Below, piece by piece: positions 49,360 through 57,822 of a stretch of DNA of 64,000 nt. The stretch is from Gemmatimonadales bacterium. GTDB taxonomy: Bacteria > Gemmatimonadota > Gemmatimonadetes > Gemmatimonadales > GWC2-71-9. Every line of letters begins with the position of its first letter. Position 1 is the stretch's first letter. The translations under genes and the position numbers were made by a program. Under the pieces are notes generated by a model. The model did not search any database, had not been told where the DNA came from, and worked only from the letters and a program-made list of their open reading frames with translations. Location of the stretch: positions 8,165 through 72,164 of the forward strand of contig JBBSCB010000012.1 of assembly GCA_038250675.1 (NCBI GenBank). The letters run 5' to 3'.

Positions 49360-52214
49360 CGCACCGGCCCGAGATATTTGTCGAACCACTTCAGCGTCTC
49401 GGAGATCAGCGCGGTGCGCGGGACATCATGGCCGCCCTCGTAGACGATCCATTTCTTCTCATCGCTCGGGGTGCCGAGCAGTTCGAAGAACGGCTTCTGG
49501 GCCAGCTCGAGCGGGAAGAAGAAGTCGTACTTGCCGTTGAGCATCAGCACCGGCTGCTTCACGCGAGGCAGAAAGTTGAGCGGATCGACCTCGGGCCGCC
49601 CGAGCTCCATGGTGAGGCCCGCCACGTAGAGCACCGCCGCCTTGAACCGCGGTTCGATTGCCAGGTTGATCGGTGCCTGGTTGGAGCCCCAGCTATAGCC
49701 GAAGTAGGCAAACCTGGTCGAGTCCATGTCGGGCCGGCTGGAGAGGTAGTCCAGCGTGCGGCGCATGTCCTGGGACCACATCACCACGTGCTGTCGCCAG
49801 AAGATCGAGCTGTCGGGCAGGTCACTGTGGAGCGAGTCGCGCCGTTCGTAGGTGCTCTTGAGGATCGGCAGGATGAAGGCGCGGCCGTTCTGGGCGAGGA
49901 ATCCCGGCACCAGGTCGCTTCGCGCCACGCGATCGCTGAAGATCACCCCTGAGCCGGGAAACTCGACGACCGGCTGCAGCGGCTGGTCATGGTGCTTCGG
50001 CGTCAGGATCACGGCCTCGACGCGTTCACTGCCATAGGCCGCGTCGAAGCTGACCCGCTCCATGTTCCACGCTTCCTCGGTGGTGTCGCGCGACTCCACC
50101 TTGGCGTTCAGCGGCCGGCGGTCGTAGTCGAAGATCGGGCGGTAGCTGGCGAACACCTCATCCGATACCGGCTTCTCCCTGGTGTAGTCACGAAAGGCTC
50201 GGGTCATCGGCAGGCGGGCCCTGGCGAGCGCCGAGTCGTCGTCGCGGTACCTCACCAGCCGAATCCCGTTGATCGCCGAGCGGTCCATCGACGCCTGGGC
50301 GTAGCCGTCGGTAAAGCCGTACTTCGGGTCGCTCCACCCACCACCGAGGATGAAGTGCTCGTCACCGCCGGCAGCGTTCTCGCACCACTCGCGCACGTTG
50401 CCGGCCATGTCGAAGACACCGTAGTAGCTCAGGCCGCGCGGCGTGGTGACCGGCATCGGCCCGGTGCCGCCGAGGTTGCTCCCCGGCACGACATACTTGG
50501 CGGCGGCAACGTTGGCGGCGCGCGCCCAGCTGTAGATGGTCGGCAGCGACTTGCCGGCGAACCGGGCGTAGGCGGCCGCCTCGTACCAGCTCACGCCGCC
50601 GACCGGCTCGTCACCCTGATCGTTCGGGTAGCTGCCCGCCTCCCAGGTGGATGGACCGGACTGCCCGGTCTTGTCGCGCAACATGGACATCGCCGCGTCC
50701 CAGGTGAGCGTCTTCGCGCCATCCTGGAACTCCGTCGGCCAGTATTCCCTCCTGGTGTACCCGCCCGAATCCACGAACGCCTTGAATTGCCGATTGCTGA
50801 TCTCGTGCATGTCCATCTGGAAGTCGGCGAGCGACAGCTCGTCATGTCCGTCGAGCCCGACCAGGAAGACGCCGTAGGTGCCGGGCGAAAGGTGCACCAT
50901 GTCGCTGTCGGCGGATCCCACCGAGTCGAGCATGAAGGTGCGGTTGCCGTTGCCGATCAGTCCCCGAAAGGCCCGGAATCCCGGCTTCTCCACCCGCACC
51001 ATTCCGTACTGCGACGGCAGCCGCAGGGTGTCGGTGGGCGTGGTGCCGAGCAGGACCCAATGGGTGGTGTCATCGAAGGAGGCCCGATAGATCCGGGCGC
51101 CTTCGGGGGTCGAATGGATCACGGCGTTGCGGGAGAGCCGGGGCCAGAGTGTCGCGAGGGCGGAGTCGCCGGGGACGATCGCCTCGGCCCGCTGCGCCAA
51201 TGTCCAGGCACTGTCGATCTGGGCCACATCGAGATGCGCCTTGATCTGCGGGATCGCCTCGTTGCGCACCCAGCGCCGTGCCCGCATCCCCGAGGTGCCG
51301 AACCAGACGGCCACCGCCAGGACGGCAGCGGCACCGAGCCAGGCCAGGAGCCGTCCCGACCGCGCGGGGGCGGTACTGGCACTGGCCTCGAGGTCGGTGA
51401 GGAGGGCATCGGCGGTCTGATAGCGCGCCGCCGGGTTCTTGGCGAGGCACTTCATCACCGCGCGCGCGAGCGCAGGCGGCAGATCGGGACGGTTGGTGAT
51501 CGGGGCGGGTACGGTGCTGATGTGAGCCGCCATGATCGCCTGCGGCGTGCCCGCGAAGGGAGCCTTGCCGCTCAACATCTCGTAGGCCAGGACGCCCAGG
51601 GAGTAGATGTCGGCGCGGTGATCGAGGTCGGGGTCGGCGGCCACCTGCTCCGGCGACATGTAGGCGGCGGTACCAACCGATGTACCCATCTGGGTAAGCG
51701 TTACGGCATCTGCACTGACCCGGGCGGCATCGAGCGCCTTGGCGATGCCGAAGTCGGTGACCTCGGCGGCGCCATGCGAAAGCAGGACGTTGTCTGGCTT
51801 GATGTCGCGATGCACCACCCCGTGCTGGTGGGCATAACTCAACGCCCGCGTCACGTCACGGAGGATGCTGAGGCACTCGGCGAGCGGGAGCGGAACGCCG
51901 GTCGCGAGTCGGACCCGGAGCGACTCCCCTGCCACGTAGGGCATGGTGAAGTATGGCAGGCCGTCCATGTCGCCGGCGGTGAGGAGGGGGACGATGTTGG
52001 CCTGCTGCAGCGCTGCCACCACCCGGATCTCGCGCTCGAAGCGCTCGGCATTGATGCCGGCGGCGAGGTCGGGCGGCAGCACCTTCACCACGACGGTGCG
52101 ACCGAGGCGGGTGTCCTCGGCAAGGAAGACGCGCGACATCCCTCCGCCACCGAGCTCGCGCCCAAGCAGATAGGACTGGCCGAGGGTTGCCTGCAACTGT
52201 TCCCTGAGGTCCAT
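49356..52214 (-). CDS. Ser/Thr kinase - TM - FGE-sulfatase domain - alpha/beta hydrolase (K8)
   Basis: GGGGMSRVF, HRDIKPDN; PVGGVSWYEAAAYARF, DMAGNVREW, GGGW; GYSWG, NGKYD, GGH triad. Confidence 0.92.
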   Translation of the reverse strand: MDLREQLQATLGQSYLLGRELGGGGMSRVFLAEDTRLGRTVVVKVLPPDLAAGINAERFEREIRVVAALQQANIVPLLTAGDMDGLPYFTMPYVAGESLRVRLATGVPLPLAECLSILRDVTRALSYAHQHGVVHRDIKPDNVLLSHGAAEVTDFGIAKALDAARVSADAVTLTQMGTSVGTAAYMSPEQVAADPDLDHRADIYSLGVLAYEMLSGKAPFAGTPQAIMAAHISTVPAPITNRPDLPPALARAVMKCLAKNPAARYQTADALLTDLEASASTAPARSGRLLAWLGAAAVLAVAVWFGTSGMRARRWVRNEAIPQIKAHLDVAQIDSAWTLAQRAEAIVPGDSALATLWPRLSRNAVIHSTPEGARIYRASFDDTTHWVLLGTTPTDTLRLPSQYGMVRVEKPGFRAFRGLIGNGNRTFMLDSVGSADSDMVHLSPGTYGVFLVGLDGHDELSLADFQMDMHEISNRQFKAFVDSGGYTRREYWPTEFQDGAKTLTWDAAMSMLRDKTGQSGPSTWEAGSYPNDQGDEPVGGVSWYEAAAYARFAGKSLPTIYSWARAANVAAAKYVVPGSNLGGTGPMPVTTPRGLSYYGVFDMAGNVREWCENAAGGDEHFILGGGWSDPKYGFTDGYAQASMDRSAINGIRLVRYRDDDSALARARLPMTRAFRDYTREKPVSDEVFASYRPIFDYDRRPLNAKVESRDTTEEAWNMERVSFDAAYGSERVEAVILTPKHHDQPLQPVVEFPGSGVIFSDRVARSDLVPGFLAQNGRAFILPILKSTYERRDSLHSDLPDSSIFWRQHVVMWSQDMRRTLDYLSSRPDMDSTRFAYFGYSWGSNQAPINLAIEPRFKAAVLYVAGLTMELGRPEVDPLNFLPRVKQPVLMLNGKYDFFFPLELAQKPFFELLGTPSDEKKWIVYEGGHDVPRTALISETLKWFDKYLGPVR

Positions 52215-52304
52215 GCCCGGTGCTCCGGTCAGAGATGGGTGGCTAGAATCTGAAGTTACGAGTTCCCGGGAGCGACCGCCACCAATTTCCGCGGTTCAGC
52301 GAAG

Positions 52305-52365
52305 GCTCGCGCTCGATGCGGTAGCGGTCGGCCAGCGCCGTGGTTAGGCAATCACTCGTCGTCAC
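52305..52365 (-). pseudogene. Orphan kinase 5' stub (~20 codons)
   Basis: GTG overlaps the K9 stop (GTGA); VTTSDCLTTALADRYRIERE, then homology ends. Confidence 0.75.
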
Positions 52366-54728
52366 CGCGTGAAATGCATCCGGCGCATCAGGGCGATGAA
52401 CCGCGGCTCCCGGCGGAGCGGATCGTAGATCGCGTCCTCCTTGAGCCAGACCAGCGACTGGGCATTGGCCGCGAAGGCCCGTTCCAGATAGTCGAGCGCC
52501 TGCACCGTGTCGTTCTGGCCCAGATAGAAGAGCGCCAGGTCGAAGGGCAACCCGTTGCCGCTGCGCGACATTTTTTTCAGGTCGGCCAGCGTGGCCAATG
52601 CGCGCGCCCGGTCCCCCGCCTTGCCGTAGGTATAGGCGAGGTACGCGGTGACAAACGACGGCGCGTCCATGCTGCGCGCCTTTTCCAGCAGCGGCACCGC
52701 CTCCCGGAATCTGCCCAACTGCAGGTCGAGCAAGCCCTCCTCCAGGGAGGGAAAGTAGAAGGTGGGGTCGAGTTCGGCCGCGCGCTGCGCCAGCGCATGG
52801 GCAGCCGGCAGGTTGTGCTGAAACTGAAACGGGGTAAGCGCGTCGATCAGGATCGAGGGCGAGAGCGGATCCAGTGCCATCGCCCGCTTGCCCTCGGCGA
52901 TCGCCTCGTCGAGCCGCCCCAGGATGGCGAGCATCAATCCGAACTGATCGTGTGCGAACGCGTAGTTGGGGTTCAGCGCGATCGCATGGCGAAGCTCCCG
53001 CTCGCTGCCGGGCCAGTCATGGGCGAACCACGCCAGCCAGGTGCCGAGCGACGCGTGGCCCTCGGCGGCGCTGCTGTCGAGCTGCACCGCCCGCTCCGCG
53101 GCCGCCTGCGACCTGGGCGCGGCCTCGAGGGGACCGATGAATCCGTCGTTGAACGCCGCCCACAGATACGCATCGGACAGGCCGGACCATGCGGGCGCAA
53201 AGCCCGGGCTCAGCCGGACCGCCTCGTTGAACTGCGCGATCGCCTTCTCCAGGTTCTGGTCGCTGGGCCGGGCGAAGAAATAGCGCCCCTTGAGATACGC
53301 ATCGTGCGCCGCGGGGTCGACCGTCGGTGCCGCGGCCAGACGGGTCTGCTCCCCCGGCGTCAACTGGACGTTGACCGCCTCGGCGATGGCCGACGCCAGT
53401 TCCGCCTGCAGGGCCAGCACGTCGCTGGAGTTGCGCTCGAAGCTCTGGGCCCAGAGGTGGCGGTCCGCCCGCGCATCGATCAACTGCGCCGTGATCCGGA
53501 CCTTGTCCCCCGCCCGCGTCACCGAGCCCTCGACGATCGCATCCACGTTCAACGCCCGGGCAATCTCGGGCGTGGGCGGCCGATTCCTCCCCGCGTACTG
53601 CATCGTGGAGCCGCGGGAGATGACGCGGAGCGAGCTGATCGTCGCGAGGTCGGTGGTCAGCTCGTCCGTCATGCCCTCGGCGAAGTAGGCCTGGGTGGAA
53701 TCGGCGGAATAGTTGTCGAGCGGCAGCACCGCGATGGACCGATAGGCCGCCGGGCTCGTCGGGCCTGCCGCCGCCGGCTTCGTGCGCCACGGGGCCAGCA
53801 TCAGAATCACCACGGCACCGATGCCGACCGCGGCGAGGCCGGCGAGCGCCAGCTTCCGCCTCAAGTCGGTCGCCCGGCGCGGGGACTTCATGGCCGGCGC
53901 GCCAAGTGCGTCGGCAAAGGCGCGCGCGGTGGCGAAGCGATCGGCCGGGGCCTTGGCCAGCGCGCGCATGATGGCGGCCTCGGACGGCGGCGGAACACCG
54001 TCGCGCAGCACGCGAAGCGGTGCGGGGCGCTCGGTCATCAGCTTCGCGATGAGCGCCTGCACGCTGGCGCCGGTGACCGGCGGCTCGCCGGCGAGCATCT
54101 CGTAGGCGACGGCGCCGAGCGAATAAATATCGCTCCGCGCGTCCACGGCCCGGTCGCCCGCCGCCTGCTCGGGGCTCATGTAGCTCGGCGTGCCGAGCGA
54201 CAGCCCGGTGCCGGTGAGGCGGTCGCCGCCGGCCTCGGTCACGGCGAGCGCGATGCCGAAGTCGGCCAGCACGGCCTCGCCTTCGTGCAGCAGGATGTTT
54301 GCCGGCTTGATGTCACGGTGGATCACCCCCTGGCGGTGGGCATAGTCCAGGGCCGCGGCGACCTGCCGGGAGATGTCGAGCGCCGTGTCGATGGGAAGCT
54401 GACGTTCGCGGGCGAGGCGGTCCCGGAGCGACTCGCCGCGGACGAACGGCATCACGTAGAACAGCGTGCCGTCCACGTCGCCCGAATCGATCAGGGTCAG
54501 GATGCGGGGATGATCGAGCTGCGCGGTGATGCGCACTTCCGCGAGGAAGCGTTCCGCGCCGAGCGCGGCGGCGAGCTCGGGCCGGAGGACCTTGATCGCG
54601 ACGTCGCGGCCGTGCCGGAGATCGTGGGCGAGATAAACCGTGGCCATGCCGCCGGCGCCGAGCTCGCGCTCGATGCGGTAGCGGCCGGCCAGACTCGTGG
54701 TCAGCCGTTCGATAACCGAGGGCAACAT
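52362..54728 (-). CDS. Ser/Thr kinase - TM - TolB-N/TPR (K9)
   Basis: MLPSVIERL start; HRDIKPAN, DFG; SIAVLPLDNYS..QAYFAEG; TPRs. Confidence 0.93.
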   Translation of the reverse strand: MLPSVIERLTTSLAGRYRIERELGAGGMATVYLAHDLRHGRDVAIKVLRPELAAALGAERFLAEVRITAQLDHPRILTLIDSGDVDGTLFYVMPFVRGESLRDRLARERQLPIDTALDISRQVAAALDYAHRQGVIHRDIKPANILLHEGEAVLADFGIALAVTEAGGDRLTGTGLSLGTPSYMSPEQAAGDRAVDARSDIYSLGAVAYEMLAGEPPVTGASVQALIAKLMTERPAPLRVLRDGVPPPSEAAIMRALAKAPADRFATARAFADALGAPAMKSPRRATDLRRKLALAGLAAVGIGAVVILMLAPWRTKPAAAGPTSPAAYRSIAVLPLDNYSADSTQAYFAEGMTDELTTDLATISSLRVISRGSTMQYAGRNRPPTPEIARALNVDAIVEGSVTRAGDKVRITAQLIDARADRHLWAQSFERNSSDVLALQAELASAIAEAVNVQLTPGEQTRLAAAPTVDPAAHDAYLKGRYFFARPSDQNLEKAIAQFNEAVRLSPGFAPAWSGLSDAYLWAAFNDGFIGPLEAAPRSQAAAERAVQLDSSAAEGHASLGTWLAWFAHDWPGSERELRHAIALNPNYAFAHDQFGLMLAILGRLDEAIAEGKRAMALDPLSPSILIDALTPFQFQHNLPAAHALAQRAAELDPTFYFPSLEEGLLDLQLGRFREAVPLLEKARSMDAPSFVTAYLAYTYGKAGDRARALATLADLKKMSRSGNGLPFDLALFYLGQNDTVQALDYLERAFAANAQSLVWLKEDAIYDPLRREPRFIALMRRMHFTR

Positions 54729-54882
54729 GGCGCCTTGCGGGGGAAGTAAGCCCCGCAAGGATAAGGCGATATCCGAGCCTCGGCTAGGGCGGAACAGGTG
54801 CATCGAGCGCCCGCACCGGCGAGATTGCGGTCACCCGCCAATGACCTCGCATTGCGCCGGGCGGCGGCGTCCCGGAGAGCGC

Positions 54883-55686
54883 ATGAATTCAGGCGACCTC
54901 ATCCACACATCGGAAGCACCGCTGGTGGCGTGGCTGTCCCTCGGCGCGCTCGCGGCGGTTCACGTATTCACCCCATCATTGCGCTTTCTGAGGGGAACCC
55001 CCCGAAGCATCTGGCTCTCGCTCTTCGGCGGGGTGTCCGTCTCCTATGTGTTTATCCACCTCCTGCCGGACCTTGCCGAAGGCCAGAAGCAGTTTACCCG
55101 GGCGCTGAGCGGCGGTAGCACCGACATCGCATTCGCCGAACGTCACGTCTACCTGGTCGCGCTGGTGGGACTCGCGGCGTTTTACGGACTCGAGCGGCTG
55201 GCCAAGCTCGATCGGAGCCGGCGGGAGGGCGCACAGGTGACCGGCGGGCGCGGTGGCGAATCGAACGCCGCCGCCTCCACCAGCGCCGGCGTGTTCTGGA
55301 TTCACATGGCCAGCTTCAGCGTGTACAACGCGCTCATCGGCTATCTGCTGGTGCACCGTCCGGTCACCACCACGCGTTCGCTGGTCTTCTTCGCGATCGC
55401 CATGGCCCTGCATTTCGTGGTGACCGATTACGGACTCGATGAGGATCACCAGGCCCGGTTCCGCCGCTTCGGACGGTGGGTACTGGCGGCAGCCGTCGCG
55501 ATCGGGTTTGCGACGGGAATGGCCGCGAAAGTTCCGGAGGTTGCGCTGGCGGTGCTGGTTGCGTTTCTGGCCGGCGGTGTGATCCTCAACGTGCTCAAGG
55601 AAGAGGTTCCGTCCGAGCGGCAGAGCCGGTTCTGGGCCTTTGCCGCCGGGCTCGCCGCCTACGCCGCGCTGCTGCTCGCGTTCTGA
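54883..55686 (+). CDS. Multi-pass membrane protein, ZIP metal-transporter-like
   Basis: About 7-8 hydrophobic segments; GGVSVSYVFIHLLP, AMALHF, AFLAGGVILNVLKEEVP. Confidence 0.65.
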   Translation: MNSGDLIHTSEAPLVAWLSLGALAAVHVFTPSLRFLRGTPRSIWLSLFGGVSVSYVFIHLLPDLAEGQKQFTRALSGGSTDIAFAERHVYLVALVGLAAFYGLERLAKLDRSRREGAQVTGGRGGESNAAASTSAGVFWIHMASFSVYNALIGYLLVHRPVTTTRSLVFFAIAMALHFVVTDYGLDEDHQARFRRFGRWVLAAAVAIGFATGMAAKVPEVALAVLVAFLAGGVILNVLKEEVPSERQSRFWAFAAGLAAYAALLLAF

Positions 55687-55704
55687 CGCCGTGACGGGCG
55701 TGCG

Positions 55705-57594
55705 TCAGCGCACGTGCACCGCCACGTGAACCAGCGGCGGCACCTGGGCCGACGGTGCTGAGGGCTGGGGATATCCGAACGCCAGGGAATATTCGCCCGC
55801 AGCCGGGGCGCGGTACTCGAAGTCGTAGATCTCGCCGGGATCGAAGGTCAGCGTCGCCGGGTGGGTCACGGCCTGGGCGGCGGGCAGCGGGTACCCGTCC
55901 TTGGCGATCGCTCGCCACCGGACCGGCTGGCCGCGATGGAGCAGGGTTACATACGTGGGACTGTCGCCGGCAAGGTTGAAGAACCGAAAGCGATACCGCG
56001 TGCCGGCGTGCAGGGTCATCGGCGCCGGGTGGGCGCTGCCGTTCAGCAGGACGGTTGGCGGCGGCACCAGGAAGGACAGTATCGCGCCCGCAGTGCCGAA
56101 GAAGAAGGTGCGGTCGCGTTCGGGATCGTAGGTCTGCCCCGGCTCCAGGACGATGATGGGACCGTAGAGGCCGCCGCCCATCTGCTGCGACTCGTTGAAG
56201 TGCGAGTGGTACATGAACGAGCCGGCGCGCCTCGGCGTCCAGCGCACCGTGAGCGAGTCGTGCGGCGCGATCGGCGGATAGAGCTCGGCACCGGCCCCGC
56301 TCCACCCCGGCACGCCGTCGGGATAGCTGCTTTCCAGCTCGATCCCGTGCCAGTGGATGGCGGCGTGCTGGTCCGAGGCGTTGACCAGCGTGACTTCGAC
56401 CCGCTTGCCGCGCTCGAGTACCAGGATGGGGCCCGGAATCGGCAACGCCGCCGAGTCCGCCGGCCTGGTGTCCGAGATCAGATAGGCGAGCCCGGGTTGG
56501 GTGCCGTAGACGCCGGCTTTCTCTCGCTGCTCGATCCGGATGCGCCGGCTCGGTTCCGCCGCGACGACCGCGGGCCCCCGCGGCGTGATGGTAATTCCGG
56601 TCACCAGGCCGTACATCTGATGCGGGCGGTCCGAGGGATGGCGCAGCTTCGCCATCGTGTCGAGCACGCCGTGCCGGGTATCCAGGGTGACGAACGCCGA
56701 GACGTGCGTGGCATAGTGGCAGTGAAAGATCCAATTGCCCGGCCGGTCCGCCTGCCATGCCAGCTCCACCGCCGAAAACGGCTCGACCATCTCCGTCACC
56801 GCCATCCGGCGCTGCGCCGGCGAGTAGATCGTATCGATGCCGCCGCCGCTGCGCGAATCCACCCGGAAATAGAACCCGTGCAGGTGCATCGGGTGATCGC
56901 CTTCTGTGAGATTCACGACCCGCCAGTGCACCGAATCGCCCTGGGCATAGGTGAGCCGCTCGGTGTGCGGCCAGCCGAGGCCGTTGATCGTCATCACGCC
57001 GACGCCGACGCCGGTCGGGCTCGTGGAATCGCCAGTGAAGTACCAGCTGATGGCGAGGATCCGGTCCGGCGGCGGGTTCGGGCCGTCCACCACGATCACG
57101 CCGTTGAGTTGCGATTCGCCGGCGGCGCGTCCCTTCGCCGGATCGATACGGGAGTGCGCCGAGTAGATGTAGGTGCCGGGTGCGCTCGCGCGGAAGTCGA
57201 ATGGGATCGTGGCGCCCGCTCCGACGATCAGACTGTCGGACAACGCCCGCGACCGGCCCAGCCCGATCACCGTGAGGGGAAGGCCGAGGGTGTTGTGCAG
57301 TGTGCCACGCACATCGGTCCCCACCGGCACGCGGATCAGCGGCCCCGGGGTGGTGCCGTCGTGGCCGGACTCGGCAAAGGCGGCCACGCTGTCGAGCGAC
57401 CGACCGCCGGGGCCCTCCGGATGCCAGGTGCCGGGCCGGATCTCGAGGGCGAGCGACAGCACACCGCTGCTGAGGGTGCCGGCGGGATGCGTGTTGTCGT
57501 TTGGGGCGACATCCACGGTGCGGCGCGGCGGCGCGGCGGAGGTGAGACCGAGACACCATGCTGCGCCCAGCGCGATCACTACGATCCGTTTCAT
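55705..57594 (-). CDS. Secreted multicopper oxidase domain protein
   Basis: Signal peptide MKRIVVIALG…; HPMHLHGF, WIFHCHYATH, IHWHG, FMYHSH. Confidence 0.88.
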   Translation of the reverse strand: MKRIVVIALGAAWCLGLTSAAPPRRTVDVAPNDNTHPAGTLSSGVLSLALEIRPGTWHPEGPGGRSLDSVAAFAESGHDGTTPGPLIRVPVGTDVRGTLHNTLGLPLTVIGLGRSRALSDSLIVGAGATIPFDFRASAPGTYIYSAHSRIDPAKGRAAGESQLNGVIVVDGPNPPPDRILAISWYFTGDSTSPTGVGVGVMTINGLGWPHTERLTYAQGDSVHWRVVNLTEGDHPMHLHGFYFRVDSRSGGGIDTIYSPAQRRMAVTEMVEPFSAVELAWQADRPGNWIFHCHYATHVSAFVTLDTRHGVLDTMAKLRHPSDRPHQMYGLVTGITITPRGPAVVAAEPSRRIRIEQREKAGVYGTQPGLAYLISDTRPADSAALPIPGPILVLERGKRVEVTLVNASDQHAAIHWHGIELESSYPDGVPGWSGAGAELYPPIAPHDSLTVRWTPRRAGSFMYHSHFNESQQMGGGLYGPIIVLEPGQTYDPERDRTFFFGTAGAILSFLVPPPTVLLNGSAHPAPMTLHAGTRYRFRFFNLAGDSPTYVTLLHRGQPVRWRAIAKDGYPLPAAQAVTHPATLTFDPGEIYDFEYRAPAAGEYSLAFGYPQPSAPSAQVPPLVHVAVHVR

Positions 57595-57701
57595 GCCCGG
57601 CTCCCGGTGCGAGGTACCGCGCGCAGAAGCGCGGCGGATATCGGTCGTACGGAGAATTGACTGGCGATGACGCATCGATCGGCGCGACTCGTCGTCAGCC
57701 C

Positions 57702-57822
57702 CGACCTGGCGGTCGTGCCTGAGATCGTGGGCGAGATAAACCGTGGCCATGCCGCCGGCGCCAAGCTCGCGCTCGATTCGGTACCGGTCGGCGAGTGCCG
57801 CGGTCAGGCGCTCGAGGCTCAC
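57702..57822 (-). pseudogene. Orphan kinase 5' stub (~40 codons), in frame with the downstream multicopper oxidase
   Basis: GTGA overlap with the K10 stop; MSLERLTAALADRYRIERELGAGGMATVYLAHDLRHDRQV, ending before the catalytic Lys. Confidence 0.8.

Noticed and set aside
55705-57822. Genuine kinase-multicopper oxidase fusion enzyme
   Set aside because: The kinase part stops before the VAIK lysine, and the oxidase has its own signal peptide at 57594
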